Origin: Puccinia triticina
Taxonomy: Eukaryota
Direction: 5' to 3'
Length of the DNA: 64,000 nt
Assembly (NCBI GenBank): GCA_026914245.1
Contig: CP110439.1
Location: forward strand, 310,001 to 374,000
Position numbers and translations under genes: made by a program. Below the pieces are notes generated by a model that worked only from the letters and a program-made list of their open reading frames with translations, made no database searches and was not told where the DNA came from. Positions 14,943 to 28,208 of the stretch are shown piece by piece (within the stretch, counting starts at the first letter, position 1; every line of letters starts with the position of its first letter).

Positions 14943-16565
14943 ATGGACATCTCAGCATACGAACCCATCCCATCCAGCTCCAGAATCAACCCCAGACCAC
15001 CACCACCATCATCAGCACCATCCAACAAGCTCATCAGCTCCATCGCAACCATCCCACACACCCAGCTGGACACCGAAACATGCTCGCTCCTAGGCCCATT
15101 CTCCATCCTCATCCAAGCCATCATGGCCTTGATCATCCTCGCCAGCTTGCTCTACAAGCGGCACAGGGAGAAACCCAAACGTCCGTCCCTCCTCAAAGAC
15201 TAAATGACTTCCCAATCTGATCTACCAATTTCTTGGCCCTGCAGGAAAATATCGTATCTGGACTGCAGACGTTTCCAAACAGGTTTTAGGACAAGCCTTC
15301 GTTCACATGCTCAACATCTTCATATCTGGTGAGCTTTCTTTCATTCTCCGACACAAAATATGTGCTCAAAACAATAATCTAACCACCAAATCTTGAACAA
15401 TACAGATTCAATGGCATCCTTGCCGTCAAAAGGGAACCCATGCGCCCTCTATTTTATGAACATCTTCATAGATACCACCATTGGGGTCTTTGTACTCTTT
15501 CTGGCCCTGAACACGATCACCAAATTGGTTTGCAAAACCTTGAGGAGAACGCCCTCGAGCCTCGGACTGTCCTCCGGAACCTATCCCCACCCATTCTTAA
15601 TGTCCTGGGTCAAGCAGATCTCAATCTATTTCCTCGGTCTCGTTATCCTCAAGTTATTTGTCATCGGCTTATTTTGGCTCGGCGGAGAGGCATTGGTCAA
15701 GTTCGGGAACGGCGTCATCGAAGGAATCAGTCATGACCCGAAGATCCAGATCCTCATGGTCGTCATGGTTGGCCCGACGATCTTAAACGTCTTACAATTC
15801 CTACTGATCGACTCCTTCATCAAACATAAACCGAGTCTCAATCCTGAAGAACTCGAACCCGAGGATGGCCGGCGGTTCCTAAGCGGAGAGTCGGACCTAG
15901 ACTCGGATGATCAGGACGACGAGGAGGATGACGATAACGAGAACGGGCGAAAGCCTCGAGGACTGCCCAATAATGGGGACCAAGACCGGGTGGTGCGGAA
16001 GAAGAAAGACTTCCAGAACGATCGCTCGACTAGCCATCATCACACTGGACTCTCCAACCCTAGCAACCTGCGCGGATCCCTATCATCCGTGGCTGCCGAC
16101 GTACAAAACCCGCATTCATACCCTCCCAGGACCTCACACCCCGAGACTCGCGAACGAAGCAGTCTCTCAACCGAGCGTCTTGATCTTACCAAGACCGTCG
16201 AAACTAGAGGCCACCAATCGATTCTTTTCGCCACTGTTCAGCCATCCAGTCCATCGCAAGTCTCCGATGGAACCGAATCAACATTAAAACCGGACCATCC
16301 GTCGTCTTCCACTGACGACTCCTTCAAGCCATCCAAGCATCTGCAAGGTCGACAATCACCACCTCGCATCCGTCCAGATCGTCCCGCTCACAACCGAAAC
16401 ACCCTTTCCTGCTCCAGTCCCACTGAACTCAAAACTGGCTTCGACGTCCGTCATCTCAGCCAACTTCCTTACACTGCCACCGCCATCTCGGCTGCCCCAT
16501 TATCTACCCACCGGATCGACCGTCTTCGTCACTACCATCCGACTCTTAATCATTCCGTCTATTGA
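14943..16565 (+). CDS. Vacuolar membrane protein, YPL162C/STIMATE (TMEM110)-like, spliced
   Basis: C.LLGPF..LIQ..M...ASL.YKR.RE.PKR, IW..DVSKQ, NPC..YF.NI.IDTT.G and QF.LIDSFIK motifs; several TM segments and a disordered tail. Confidence 0.85.
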
Positions 16566-17400
16566 TTTCTTCTCCTTCTTCTCCCCATTGGCGGTCATAG
16601 ATTTTGATTGGTTTGAAAACAATGCTATTTTTTTTAAGAGACGTTAGACAAAACAAAAGTACTTCGGTGCTTGTAAATATGTACATTTTCATCTTAATCT
16701 AGATTCTTATGTACGCATTCATGTATACATTCATCAACTGTAATTTCCTTCTCGTTTCTTTCTTCCTCCTCCAAAAGCCAAAAGCCAAAAAACTGACCTA
16801 GAAGGTTGTTCTGCATCTGATCATAGTAGAAGTTATATGCAAGTCTATGCAAGTGTTGCATAGGACACAGAGTTAAAGATTACTTCATTATGTAGAGAGT
16901 GTGTAACTGAGAATGGCAATGGTCTGGCTGAGGGATGGAAGCAGCATCTACTGTAAGAAATTGTGAAGGCTGAACAACCCTGGTAATTGGCTGTTCTTGT
17001 GTAAGTCCAGCTTGAACCCCAAGAGGACAGCTGAATAAACTCGGTAAATCAGCAGAAAATATCATGTAGCTCACCCGCCGGAGTCGCAACAGTTGAGGAA
17101 TCACATTTTCTTCTACTTCTTGTGGATCAAAGATGGAATTTATCACCATGGAGACTGCTCTAGGATTGTAGGAGGCACCATCCCAAACATCATTATCGTC
17201 AAGCCGATCATGAGTTCCAAACTGAGTGAACCAAGAATGATAAGAACAATAGAATTCCTCAGAGGTTTTTTTTGAGAAAAACTATCTGTATTATTCCGTG
17301 TCTACTGGCGAGGTTTCATCGACTGAAAAAGAGATGAAGAAATGATTTCCTCAAACAGCAAGCACAAGAGGATTTTAGAAAGCGTAGTGGAAAATGGAGG

Positions 17401-18823
17401 CTAAGCGTCAAAGAATGTGTTCAACAGATGGTCCGCAGGAGAAGGATCGGAAAGGTTGCGAGGGATTTTGAGCTTCCAGACAAAGTATTTATGGTTCAGG
17501 CCGTCCTGTTCGTGAACGTTGTAGACAGAACCGCAGCCGCCAGAGCCTGGGGAGGGGAGGAGGAAAAAGAGATGTTTGATGCGACTGTGAAGAAGAGCCA
17601 TGGCGCAGAGAAGACAGGGCTCGTGGGTGAGGAAGACGACCTGATTGGTGAGCAGGTAGGGTACCGGATGAAGCGCTGTCTCAGGTCTCCTCGGCTGGGC
17701 CAGGTCCCGTGACGAGACGACACTAGTTAGTTCCACAACGGCGTGTCTGAGAGGGTTGGCGGTCGAGCTCCGGGCGTCAGTGGCGGTGAGCAGGATCGGG
17801 TTCTCTACCGTCCCGTGCTGGTGCTTGGACTGTGGGATGCTGATCACTAGATGGGCCAGCTCTTCCGGCGGGTCCAGCGAGTAGCTCGACACCGCAGCTC
17901 CGACACCGACCTCGCCTGCTTCCAGCTTAGATTTCAGCGCGAGCTCGGCCACTAGACGGGCCTGTGTCAAGAGCCAGCTAATCTCCGCGACGGACCATCG
18001 ACGCTGCAGGATGCGTTGGTTGGCCTTCATCGTCGCCGACATCATGTTCATCTGGGCCGTCTCATCAAGCTCCACCACCGGCCACCCTGCCGGGTTTATC
18101 ATCCGTTCCCCTTCACTATCTTTCGGGCCATCTCCGTGCGCTTGGCTCCAGTGGTGCTCGCATAGCGTTCGCTTCGAGGGTACCCGGATCCGGTACGGCG
18201 TCGAGTGCTCAAGCAGCACGCGTAAGACTGGGTGTTTGTACAGCTTTTCTGTCAATTCCTGGAACGTTATCGAGCTTTCTTTTGCCAGGAGGATCGAAAT
18301 TCGATTCTCCGATCGTCTGCCTCCTTCATCATCCTAAACCAAACCAACCATATCAAACGGGGAAACATAAAATGAATCAACCAAAGATATCCAACATCAC
18401 GAGGGAAGATCCGTTTCATCTTTCCCACATACCTACAGATTCATCAAGGTGATTGCGTGTTATGGGTTTGATAGATTTCAGATGTTTGATGGCTTCCCTA
18501 TCGCTCTCGTTCCGGTTGAGATATATATTTGCTCTGATGAACTGAAAAAGGGTCGAGATGAACTTGGAGTGATCGCAATCGATTATCCACACCTTGAAGA
18601 AGTTTTCCCCTCCTGCTAGCTTGCCGTTCGCCGAGTTACGGTGTGTCGAGAATGGGTTCTGTTGGGTGATTAGCTCGAACGGGAAAAACTCTTCGTTTTC
18701 TGCTGAGTTGGTCTTTCCGGATGGGCGGTCGACTAGGTTCTGACGATATCCATCGATTATCTGAATTACTTGCTCTAGTCGTTCCTTCTGCTCTTGGTCT
18801 TCCTTGCTCCACGTCGAAGTCAT
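17401..18823 (-). CDS. TAD3: tRNA A34 deaminase non-catalytic subunit Tad3, spliced
   Basis: NPLRHAV (Val in place of the catalytic Glu), THEPCLLCAMALLHSRI and LNHKYFVW motifs. Start at MTSTWSKE is inferred. Confidence 0.9.
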
Positions 18824-19458
18824 CTTGATGGCTTGTGCTATGTGAACCGTATTCGAAAAAAGGGCATGCATTTTGCTCGGCCGGTGACAGGCTCTGAACA
18901 GCCTCTTTCGCTTTAGCCCCGGGCGCATGTCACACACCCGCCAGGTCCCGCGTGATTCTGCCGGCACCGATCATCGATTTCACATTCGGGCGACCTTGCG
19001 GGTGCAATTCGTCGGCTTGGCACCGTCCGATCCCGCCGGATTCGGCTGGCGGTCCGGCGATGGGAGGAAAAGCTGTCGGCCCGACCCTGACGCCGGCACA
19101 GGGGGTCGGATCGACTCCGGCGTCAGGCTTGCCTATCGGTCGGGCTCCCCCGGGCGGCATCACCTCATGCGATTCCGGCCTCCCCCTCTGCCTCATGGCA
19201 CCGAGAGGAGCAAGCCAAAATTCAATCTGTCTCCACCGGTCTAGATACATCAACAGTCAAGGTTGGTCTAGGGCCTGGGCCTACAAGGCGACGGGTTGGT
19301 GGTGCTGCGGCAGGCGGTCTAGTTCAATATGCAATTCGGCTATTCAATTTGGCCCGGTGAATTTCAGCCGGGTCGCTGGTCAGTGGTGGCCGGCGGGAAA
19401 GGAAAAGGCCATCATCAGTGAGAGCACATCGGGCTTGAACACCAGCGAAATAACAAAG

Positions 19459-22400
19459 ATGTCACCAAGCTCAGCCTCAATCGACGACCCAACACAATCT
19501 CCAACCGGATCGGAAACACCATCACTAGCCTCATCGAATGACTCTTCACCTCTGGGAGATTCTCGAGCACCTCTAGGCATGCTATCAATCGTTTGTTTCA
19601 TTAATTATTCAATGGGTTCAGACCAAGGTTGAGCTGACAAGACTCTGGAAATCACTCTGGCTGTCTCATAGGATCTGGAGCCAGGCACGTCAAGTCAAAT
19701 TCAATCCACTAGTTTCGACTCAAGGTGTATGCCACAGGGGCCGATTTATTGATTTGCTTCAACTGGTATTTCCACAGCGCATACGACCCCTCACTTGATG
19801 GGACATCCGTTGCGTCAAACACCTCGAATGGAGTACGTCCAACAGACAAGAGCCAACTGAGTGAAGAAACGATAGCTGTCAGTTCCTCTACAAATTGTTG
19901 AAGAAATGAGAAGATGAAAAAACGCGTTTATGTCGATAACTCGATTACTGACCGTGGTATCCAAACTTTGACAGGAGGCCCTTCGCCTGAAAAGTGAAGC
20001 TAATAAGCGGTTCACCGGTGAGCTGAGTCACGACCCTGAAGACCGATTGAAATACATATTCAATTACTCATGCCTTCTTCTTATACACCTGGCTGAATTA
20101 AACTGATGACCAGCATCTCAATACCAAGAGGGTACGGGCTGTGCATTAACTTGTCTGAGGAAACATGAACCTACAGTCGGTGCTGAGCAGAACTTCGTAT
20201 ATTCCAGCCCTCGATCTGTATACTCTCTCTATCAACTTAAACCCATTTGACGCGACAGTTTGGTGCAACCGTCAGTCCTTATGATCCCCCTTCCTCCCCC
20301 AGGCCCAGTATATAGGTCCATAATCTGAATAACATCAGCCTCATTATCTGTCAATAGGTTCTGCCGTCCGGTTGAAGCGAGAAGAGCATGGCTTGGCAAT
20401 CATGGACACTTGTTTGTATCTTTTGTGCACTAACTCTAGATTTGATCGATTTGCACATGTCTCATTTAATGCATTCTTTTTTTTCTTTTTGGCGGGGGAC
20501 TGGCAATAATTTAGCCAAAGCCATTGAGTTGGACCCCAAGTATGTCAAGGCATACTTCAGGAGGGCAACTGCACAATTGAGCATTATGAAACCTCAGTTA
20601 GCCATCAAAGATTTCAAAAAAGTCAGTGTCCGTGCCGCGGAACTTCTCTCAACCCTCCCATGCCCGTCTATCAACACCCTCATTTCAGAAATTGACTGAC
20701 TCTGCTTTTTCTCCTTCTTCTCGTGGACATGCAGTGTATGGCCCTTGATCCAAACAATTCCGCTGCCAAGGTTCAACTAGATGCCACAACGAAACTAGTC
20801 AGAAGACTGGATTTTGAAAAGGCGATAGCCTCAGAAGATGAAGAAGCTACTTCAAAGCGGATCCAGAAGCTGATCTCAGAAGGCGCCTGCGAGCTCGATG
20901 CTTCATATACAGGACCAATGTTGGAAAAAACGGGGAATGGATGGAAACCGTCATTGAAGTTCATTGAGGAAATGCTGGAGTGGTTCAAAGCTGGCAAACT
21001 ATTGCCCAAACGATGGGTATACGAGATCATCTTGGGGTGTTACGAAGTTTTGAAAAAGGAAGCTAGCTTGACTGAATACACAATCCCCAAAGGTGAAACT
21101 TGTGACGTGTATGTCCAAACCGATCCTAATTTATAAACCACGCACCTGGTTACTTAAAATCATGATTCGTTATGCATTCCCATACTAGGATTGGGGATAC
21201 CCATGGTGCGAGTCGACTATTTAGTATGGCAAGGGACAGGTTGCTCACTTCATTCCACATTAGGTCAATTCTTCGATGTTCTACACCTTTTTTCGTTAAC
21301 TGGTCTTCCCTCCGAAACGCACGCTCTCGGTTGGTAAAACTCCCTCCATTTATCGCACTTATACCTTTCCCTAATGAACTTCGCGTCAATTCTCTCTTTT
21401 AGTCTTTAATGGCGATTTTGTCGATCGGGGGAGCTGGAGTACGGAGGTTGTCTTGACAGTGTTTGCGTTAAAATGGTACATGCCCCACAAGGTTTTCGTA
21501 AGTTCTTGAATTCTTTTAATTGACGATACTCAAAATTCCTGACTACTTCTTGTTTTCTGCCACGAAAGCTTAACCGTGGTAACCACGAGACTGCCGATAT
21601 GAATAAGGTTTATGGATTCGAAGGCGAGGTAGGACTGATTTCCTTTGAAACCAGCTCGTGTTCAATGTCTTGTGAGGAACATATATCTTTAGATTACATA
21701 CTAACAAGTTCTACGGTAATTTTTTTCAGACCAAGAAGAAATACAGCGAGCTGTGCTACAAGCTGTTTGAAGAAGTCTTCTGTGCCTGTAAGTTTTTCCT
21801 TACTGATGCAGTAGATTGGCTCCCTTAATCATACAAACACCAACACCGATTCGTTTTATAGTGCCACTATGCTGCCTCGTGACTGCCTCTCAACAACCCG
21901 AACCGGTATCGAAAGTGCCAGGAAAACCGTTCTTTGATCCTCAAGGACGGAAGCGTTTTTTCATCGTTCATGGGGGCTTGTTTTCGAAGGACCAGGTGTC
22001 GTTTGATGAGTTGCGGAAGATTCCTAGGATGGTTAGAAAACAGCCGGGCAGTGAAGGTTTGATGATGGAGTGTCTCTGGACCGATCCTCAGGACGCCCGC
22101 GGACGTGGGCCTTCCAAACGCGGTGTCGGATTGGGATTCGGACCGGATATCACAGAGGATTGGTGTCGTCATTCTGGTGTCACTGGTAGGCTGCCTCGCG
22201 TACAACTTTACCTACGCCCTACCAGTTGCTCGATTCTGATTGGTTCTTACCCTCCTCCCCCCTCCCACAAAAAATGTTGAACAACAGCTGTCATCAGATC
22301 GCATGAAGTGCGAGACGCGGGTTACTCGGTTGAACACGATGGCCGATGTATCACTGTTTTCTCAGCGCCAAATTATGTTGATCAAGTAGGCAACCAGGGC

Positions 22401-22523
22401 GCCTTTGTTCGGATCAACGAGCATGGAACCTTGCAGTTCACTTCTTACAAACACCAACCTCATCCGAACATTAAGCCGATGGCTTACGCTGGCGGGTTTA
22501 TGGGCTTGGGTGGAATGATCTGA
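19459..22523 (+). CDS. PPT1: Ser/Thr protein phosphatase 5 (TPR plus PPP domain), many exons including microexons
   Basis: TPR motif AIELDPKYVKAYFRRA. PPP motifs GDTHG (microexon ~21190-21205), GDFVDRG, RGNHE, HGGL, RSHE and FSAPNY. C-terminal PHP.IKPMAYA. Confidence 0.96.
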
Positions 22524-23195
22524 TTTCAGTTTTCTGTTAATATATACATCATTGCTACTTTTTTTGGGAAATCAAGAGAATTAGATACACATCAATTTCG
22601 ACTGCTAGATGCAGATTATAGCTTGCCCTACTGCGCCGTTTCTCTCCCGGAAGTTGACTGCAATGTCACTGCCACGATGTGTGATTCGTTACAGGTGCAC
22701 TGATTCCAAACGGATAGTATTATACAGGACGGGGAGTAAACACAGGTATGGGAATTGATAGCACTCGTCGAAACACACCGCAGTATGGTCTGCCTCAATC
22801 GGCACTCGACTTCCTCAGTTTGTTTCCACACCAGAGTTGGTCAAAACTTGTTTGGTTAATGTATATTACATCAATAACAAGCTGTGCAAAATACTGGTTG
22901 ACATCATTCCAGTTACATACTCGCGTCTGCACATTAGAAAAGTCCTGTTTGCGTAGCTGCGATGTCCGTAACAACTGAATCCAGCCTCCGCTTTTTGAAT
23001 ATTTAGTGGACCCCTCTGAGGCATTTGGAGAAACATGCTTCAAGTCTCAGTTGTAGGGCGGGAAACATCTCCGCCCGGTCAAGTGCGACCCTCAAGTTTG
23101 CAGTCAGCAAAGTGTCTTAACTTCCACTTCTCAGCACATACAACCCTAAACTATTATCATTTGTTTCTTTTGTTCCATTTCAACTGGGATTAAAT

Positions 23196-25723
23196 ATGAT
23201 TTTGCAATTCCTACTTGTGGGATTGACATTATTTACCTCTACTCAAGCTTTTGAGGGTGACTCCATCCGCTCAACGCAGAAGTCATCTGGTTGGCAAATG
23301 ATTCAACAAGCGGTTAAAGGTGCATAAATTCCTCATGATTCCCAGTTGTTAGCCTTGGTCACCACTGTCTGATGTTTGTTCCCCTTGCTCTTACACCACC
23401 CAAGTATTCCCAACAAGACTGCCTTCCTCTCTTGATCAGGGGGCTATTTCATCATGTTTTTCATGTATACCTTCCAAGGAAAGGGCCAGAGAAGCTTTCG
23501 ATGGTAATTATTCCACAGCAAAAATAACTTCTTGAATCTTCCGTCACTTTCTGATTATTATTTGTCCTTGTTACTCATCTCCTCTCACGCAATTTTTAAA
23601 AGAACCTTTTTCATCTGAAGAGGGGTCCATTCGGGATCAAACACCTCGATCTTCAACATTCACGTTCAATGAGTCTGGCGTGTCAAAAAAACACTCCAAT
23701 CTCTCTGATTCTGATCGTGGAAAACAGACCCTAGGATATTTGTTTTCTCAAGGACAACCTTCAGAATTTCCCTTTATGCATGGAGTGTCCAGAAGGGACT
23801 CAAATGTATCTGATGCTGATGGCTACATGACCCCAGGAAGTTTGTTATCTCCATACTCAGAGCCGTCCAAGTTTCACCCTGGACTTCTTTCCAGAGCGCC
23901 ATCCGACTTATACCCCGGAAGGCTTTCTAGAGAGCCATCCGAATTATACTCTGAAAGGATTGCCAGGGATCCATCCAACTTGAGCCTTGAGAGGCTTGAT
24001 GCAGAGTCATCCTACTCGTACCTAGTGGGGAAGGAGTTAAAAGCTAGCACTAGAGAAAGTCAGTGGATTTTTATAATTGAGATAATCTGTTGATTTCATA
24101 AGTGAAGTTTTGAGGCTAACCAAGAGCCACTGTATATTAAAGTCAATATAAAGAAACATAAAGGTCAGTTTCTACCTTGAATTGCTTGATCATTGTCATG
24201 AAACTGATTTAGCATTCTTTTTATGACAGATGAGGCTGTTTTACTCTATGAGGATGAAGATATCATGTCAATATTGTTTAATAATCATCAGAAACCTCCT
24301 GAAAGGCGAAATGAGTGTCATTCTGAACATGCCAGCTTTTTAAAATATATTCAGGAAACCTTACCAATTTTGAGAAATTTAAAGCTTTTAGAAATAGGAA
24401 AAATTGATGAACCTTCTTTTGATTGGAAAATATTGAATTCATTACTTCCCAAAAATATAGCAGTTTTATTGATTCAAAAGTGGCAACAATCTTCCAATCA
24501 GGAAGATATCTCATTGATTTCAAAAGAAACTTCATCTGAGTTGGGACACTTATTGTTGTATCAAATTATGAAGAGAATTGTGAATTACACATACAAGTTG
24601 GATCCTCTTACTGATTACTCTGATCATCTCATATGTTTAAAATCAAAATTTATGGCCTATTCATTCAAAACAATTGATTACTTATGGAAAAATGGATTTA
24701 TTGAACAGGCATGCTTACAGCAAGTCTTTCAAGAAGATAGAGTTTCTCAGTGGGCCAGTGTGTGCACAAGGAATTATTATTCAGAAACACTTGGGCTTGG
24801 AAGCTGGATCCCACAGAGATTTCTTAATCAACAGTGGTACTGGCCAATAGGATTTCAGTTCTATGAGGGTAAGTTTCATCTCTTACCTTTCAAGAGTTTT
24901 TTATGGTGAATTCTTGTTTTCTAAAATTTTCATTACATCTTCAGCCCTTAGTAGAGAAGATATATTGAGAATTACCTTGGAACTGATGGAACAAAACTTT
25001 GAGTTCATGATGCCTGAAATTAAATGGAATGGAGACCCACTTCCCGGTGCATGGAAAAACTTCAGCAGTTCTGCTCCATGTATTGCATACATCACACACT
25101 TGAAGTCTGGTCAAGAAGCAATTCTGATGAATGAATTCAATGGCTCAAAGAGAGAACAATTAAAAGATGATATGGAGATGCTCATAAACCTTTTGATAGA
25201 AATCAAAGGCCCAAATTCCAAATACAAGGAGGCGCCTTTTGTGGAAGATTTGTCTAGAAACATTTGTGAATTTTTTGATTTGATTGAAAAGAACTTCTGT
25301 CCAGGAATTATATATGAAACAGCACAAGAAAGAGTATCCAACCCTGCAATAATTTTAGATTACTATCAATTATTATTGACAGCAGCAAGGATTAGAGAAT
25401 TAAGGGATATCCCAAAGAACTATATAGCTTTGGATGAAAATTACATCAAAATATTACATAGTTATTCAGTTGATTGGGAATCCATTGATAAATTCTACAA
25501 GGATGAAATCAAATTTCTGTATCCACAATTTAAAGAAAGATTTCAAAGTATTAGGCAAGGTGGTCAAAAAGATTGGAAAAGATGGTTAAAAAATCAAAAT
25601 GACCTAGTTAGTATTTACAAGGATGGCTTAGGATTGGTTGAAAAAACAAAATTCATCCTCAATACAAATATAAAAAGCAAAAAAATTACACAAATTGCCA
25701 AAAATGGACTTGTAATTTTTTAA
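23196..25723 (+). CDS. Large lineage-specific secreted protein (effector-like), spliced
   Basis: Signal peptide MILQFLLVGLTLFTSTQA-FE. Downstream ORFs 23680-24093, 24223-24909 and 24863-25723 are linked by plausible introns. Contains a 12-aa internal repeat. Confidence 0.7.
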
Positions 25724-26622
25724 CTTGGGTGGAATTGAATTTGATTGTCTGTGGGTTGGATTTTCAGACACATTCCTTGTTTTCCTGCCTTATCTGAAAT
25801 TTCCTTTGCCAATTCATTTCTATCCGTGATCACCTCCTTCATCTGGATTCTGAGCTTACAGCTGCATTTAGCCCATCAGTCCAATTAGAATGATTTAACT
25901 TATTTAGGCATACTTTGAGCTTTCCAATATTGTTGCAATATGATGATATTGGTTGGTGTAAGCTACAAATTTCCTCTATTATAGGGGGGACACTATCCCA
26001 CAGGGAACCTCTGTTTGCTCCCCCAAGAAGGAGGATTTAGCCAAGTTAGATTGCACCAATTCAATGGGGAAAATTCATCTCTGGATGAAGTACAACTTAA
26101 CCAGTCTCAACAGCTTGGCAAGGATCCATTCAACTTGGCAAGCTGGTATCCCAGCTGAGGCACACTTGGTGTGTAACTGGGAAAACATGTACTTGCTTGC
26201 CAAAGAAGAATCCTCCCCAATAGGTTTAACTACCAGCTCCCTTGAGAGAGCCCATCCCCACTGAGATAAACATTAAATTTATGATCTAGATGTCAAACCT
26301 CTTCAAATTCTTTGAATAACCTATTTATGTACTTTGTAACCTATGTAGTATCCCATATCAAAAAAAGAAGAAGTCTAGTGCTTCCTTTGCAATGCAGAAA
26401 GTGCTTTGGGAGAAGCCTGCACTGGGGTCATGAGGGTGACAACCCCCACAGTGAAAAAAGAGTTTTTGCAGTGCATAAAGTAAGTCCATATTTGACATGT
26501 ATTTTACTATGATTGAATGGGTGTCACACAATAATTAATGATCACAATTTCCAAACACATCTACACACAAAGACATCTATTTGTCTTATCAAATCAGAAG
26601 CAGCATTCTTTCTCTTCTCTGA

Positions 26623-28208
26623 TTAGTTTGACAGTTTGAAGGCTTGGCCTTCATCCCACAAGAAATGCTGAATGAATTGATGGCATTTCCTAATAGGGGG
26701 GTTCACGTTGCAAAAAAAGCAATGCTGATTTCGTCTGCTCATGCACCTGTGAGTAAGGTTTATGCCTTGCAGATTGCTTCCAAAGGGGAGCTGCCCAGCC
26801 AAACCTTTTTGCTTTCTCAGGATTTTCAAAAGCTGCATCTGCTGGTTTTGGTGGCTGATTTGTGAAATCAGCCTTACGTGAACCCCCCTAATTCACATCC
26901 AGCCTTTTCAAGAAAAACAAAACCATCAGCTGGGATTTTGCTCAAATGAAAAAAGTCAAAACAAAGTTTACCTGACAATGATCCCTTGAACAATTTGCAT
27001 AAGCCTTGGCAAACAATTCATCCTTGCATTGACAGAGTGGTTGTTTTAGATCAACTTGGGAGGGCTCATTGGCACAGAGTACAATGAGTATCCCCTGCCA
27101 TGGGGCATCCTCTGAAATCTTTTTTGAAAGACAGGCTTTGGCACATGGTGGAACGCTTCCCAAAAACTTGAACCCCTGGTCTTCAACATGAGGCTGGATT
27201 TTACTTTGTCGAAGCTTTGGGGATGCTTTGGCAGTGCCCTTGGCTGCCTGGGAGGAAAGGTTGGCAACATTGGGGCCAGGTGGAGGATTGTCTGGATCAA
27301 TGTTTCCGTCTTTGTAAGCACCCGGGGAGCACTCCACAAGTGATGTAGTATTGGTCTTGCTTTCCCTCCGCCTTGGAGGATTGTCCAAAAACAATTCTGT
27401 TTGATGATTTTGATGAAACAAATTTTACAACAGAAGGAGATGCCGGTACGTATAGATCAGTATCACTCTTTCATCTCATTATCATAGTTTAGTGGAACAA
27501 CTCAAAACAGTTCAATCCGCATGATGTAGCTACCCATTGGCAGTTTATTCGAGATCGGGACTTTGACTTCATTTTTGATCCTTGTGTTTGTTATAAGGGA
27601 ATTATTTTTTCAATCCTAGTCCACGCTTCAATGATAATATTTTGGAGTAGCTGATTGTCAAGGCATCAGATTTTTTGCATGCGGTTTCATGTGGTTTCTG
27701 ATGGTCCACAATAGCCAAGATAAATTTGAATATGACCGTTTTCATGTGGGTATCTACATCCAAAGACAAAAGGTAAGCCAGAATGCATGTTTTTTTTTTT
27801 TTGAAAAATTATATTTTGCTCTACTCACATCTTATGAGGCTCATCATTGATCAGCAAGCGCACCGTAGCACCAGATGCAACGGCCAAAGTTTTCCCGGCA
27901 CTTTGATCTGCGCAACTGAATAGATCCCCATTGGGGGCAACAATCTTAAGACTTGCTGTTAAGCTGGATCCACAAACAAAGGTGGGTTTGGTCAGAACTT
28001 TGCTGCCAATCCAACCTGTATTTTCAGAGAAGCCACGGATCAACAACTTTTCCAGCTCTTGCTTTTGTCCTAATGTCCACGTGTGACCGTCATTGGCAGA
28101 CCAGGCTTTAATGTAACCGTGACACAATCCCTCCTGAGCCTGATAGAATGTAAGGAAGATTGCGACCAAAAAAGTGCGTAACTTGTCCTTGATTGAATAT
28201 TTCATCAT
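26623..28208 (-). pseudogene. Disabled secreted AA9-like LPMO fused to a CFEM-like domain
   Basis: Signal peptide followed by mature N-terminal HGYIK. AA9-like YPHENGHIQIYLGYC and VPISNKLPMGSYIMRIE segments. CFEM-like VPPCAKACL...C...LCQCKD..F......C....C. A 10-bp duplication causes a stop and frameshift. The 3' boundary is approximate. Confidence 0.7.

Noticed and set aside
18927..19632. Overlapping 105-226 aa ORFs upstream of PPT1
   Set aside because: They arise from GC-rich, stop-poor promoter DNA. Only the part from 19459 is the PPT1 first exon.
25980..26270. Possible MITE relic, also near 28230-28990
   Set aside because: Repeat-like and containing small imperfect hairpins, but I could not define termini or a TSD.
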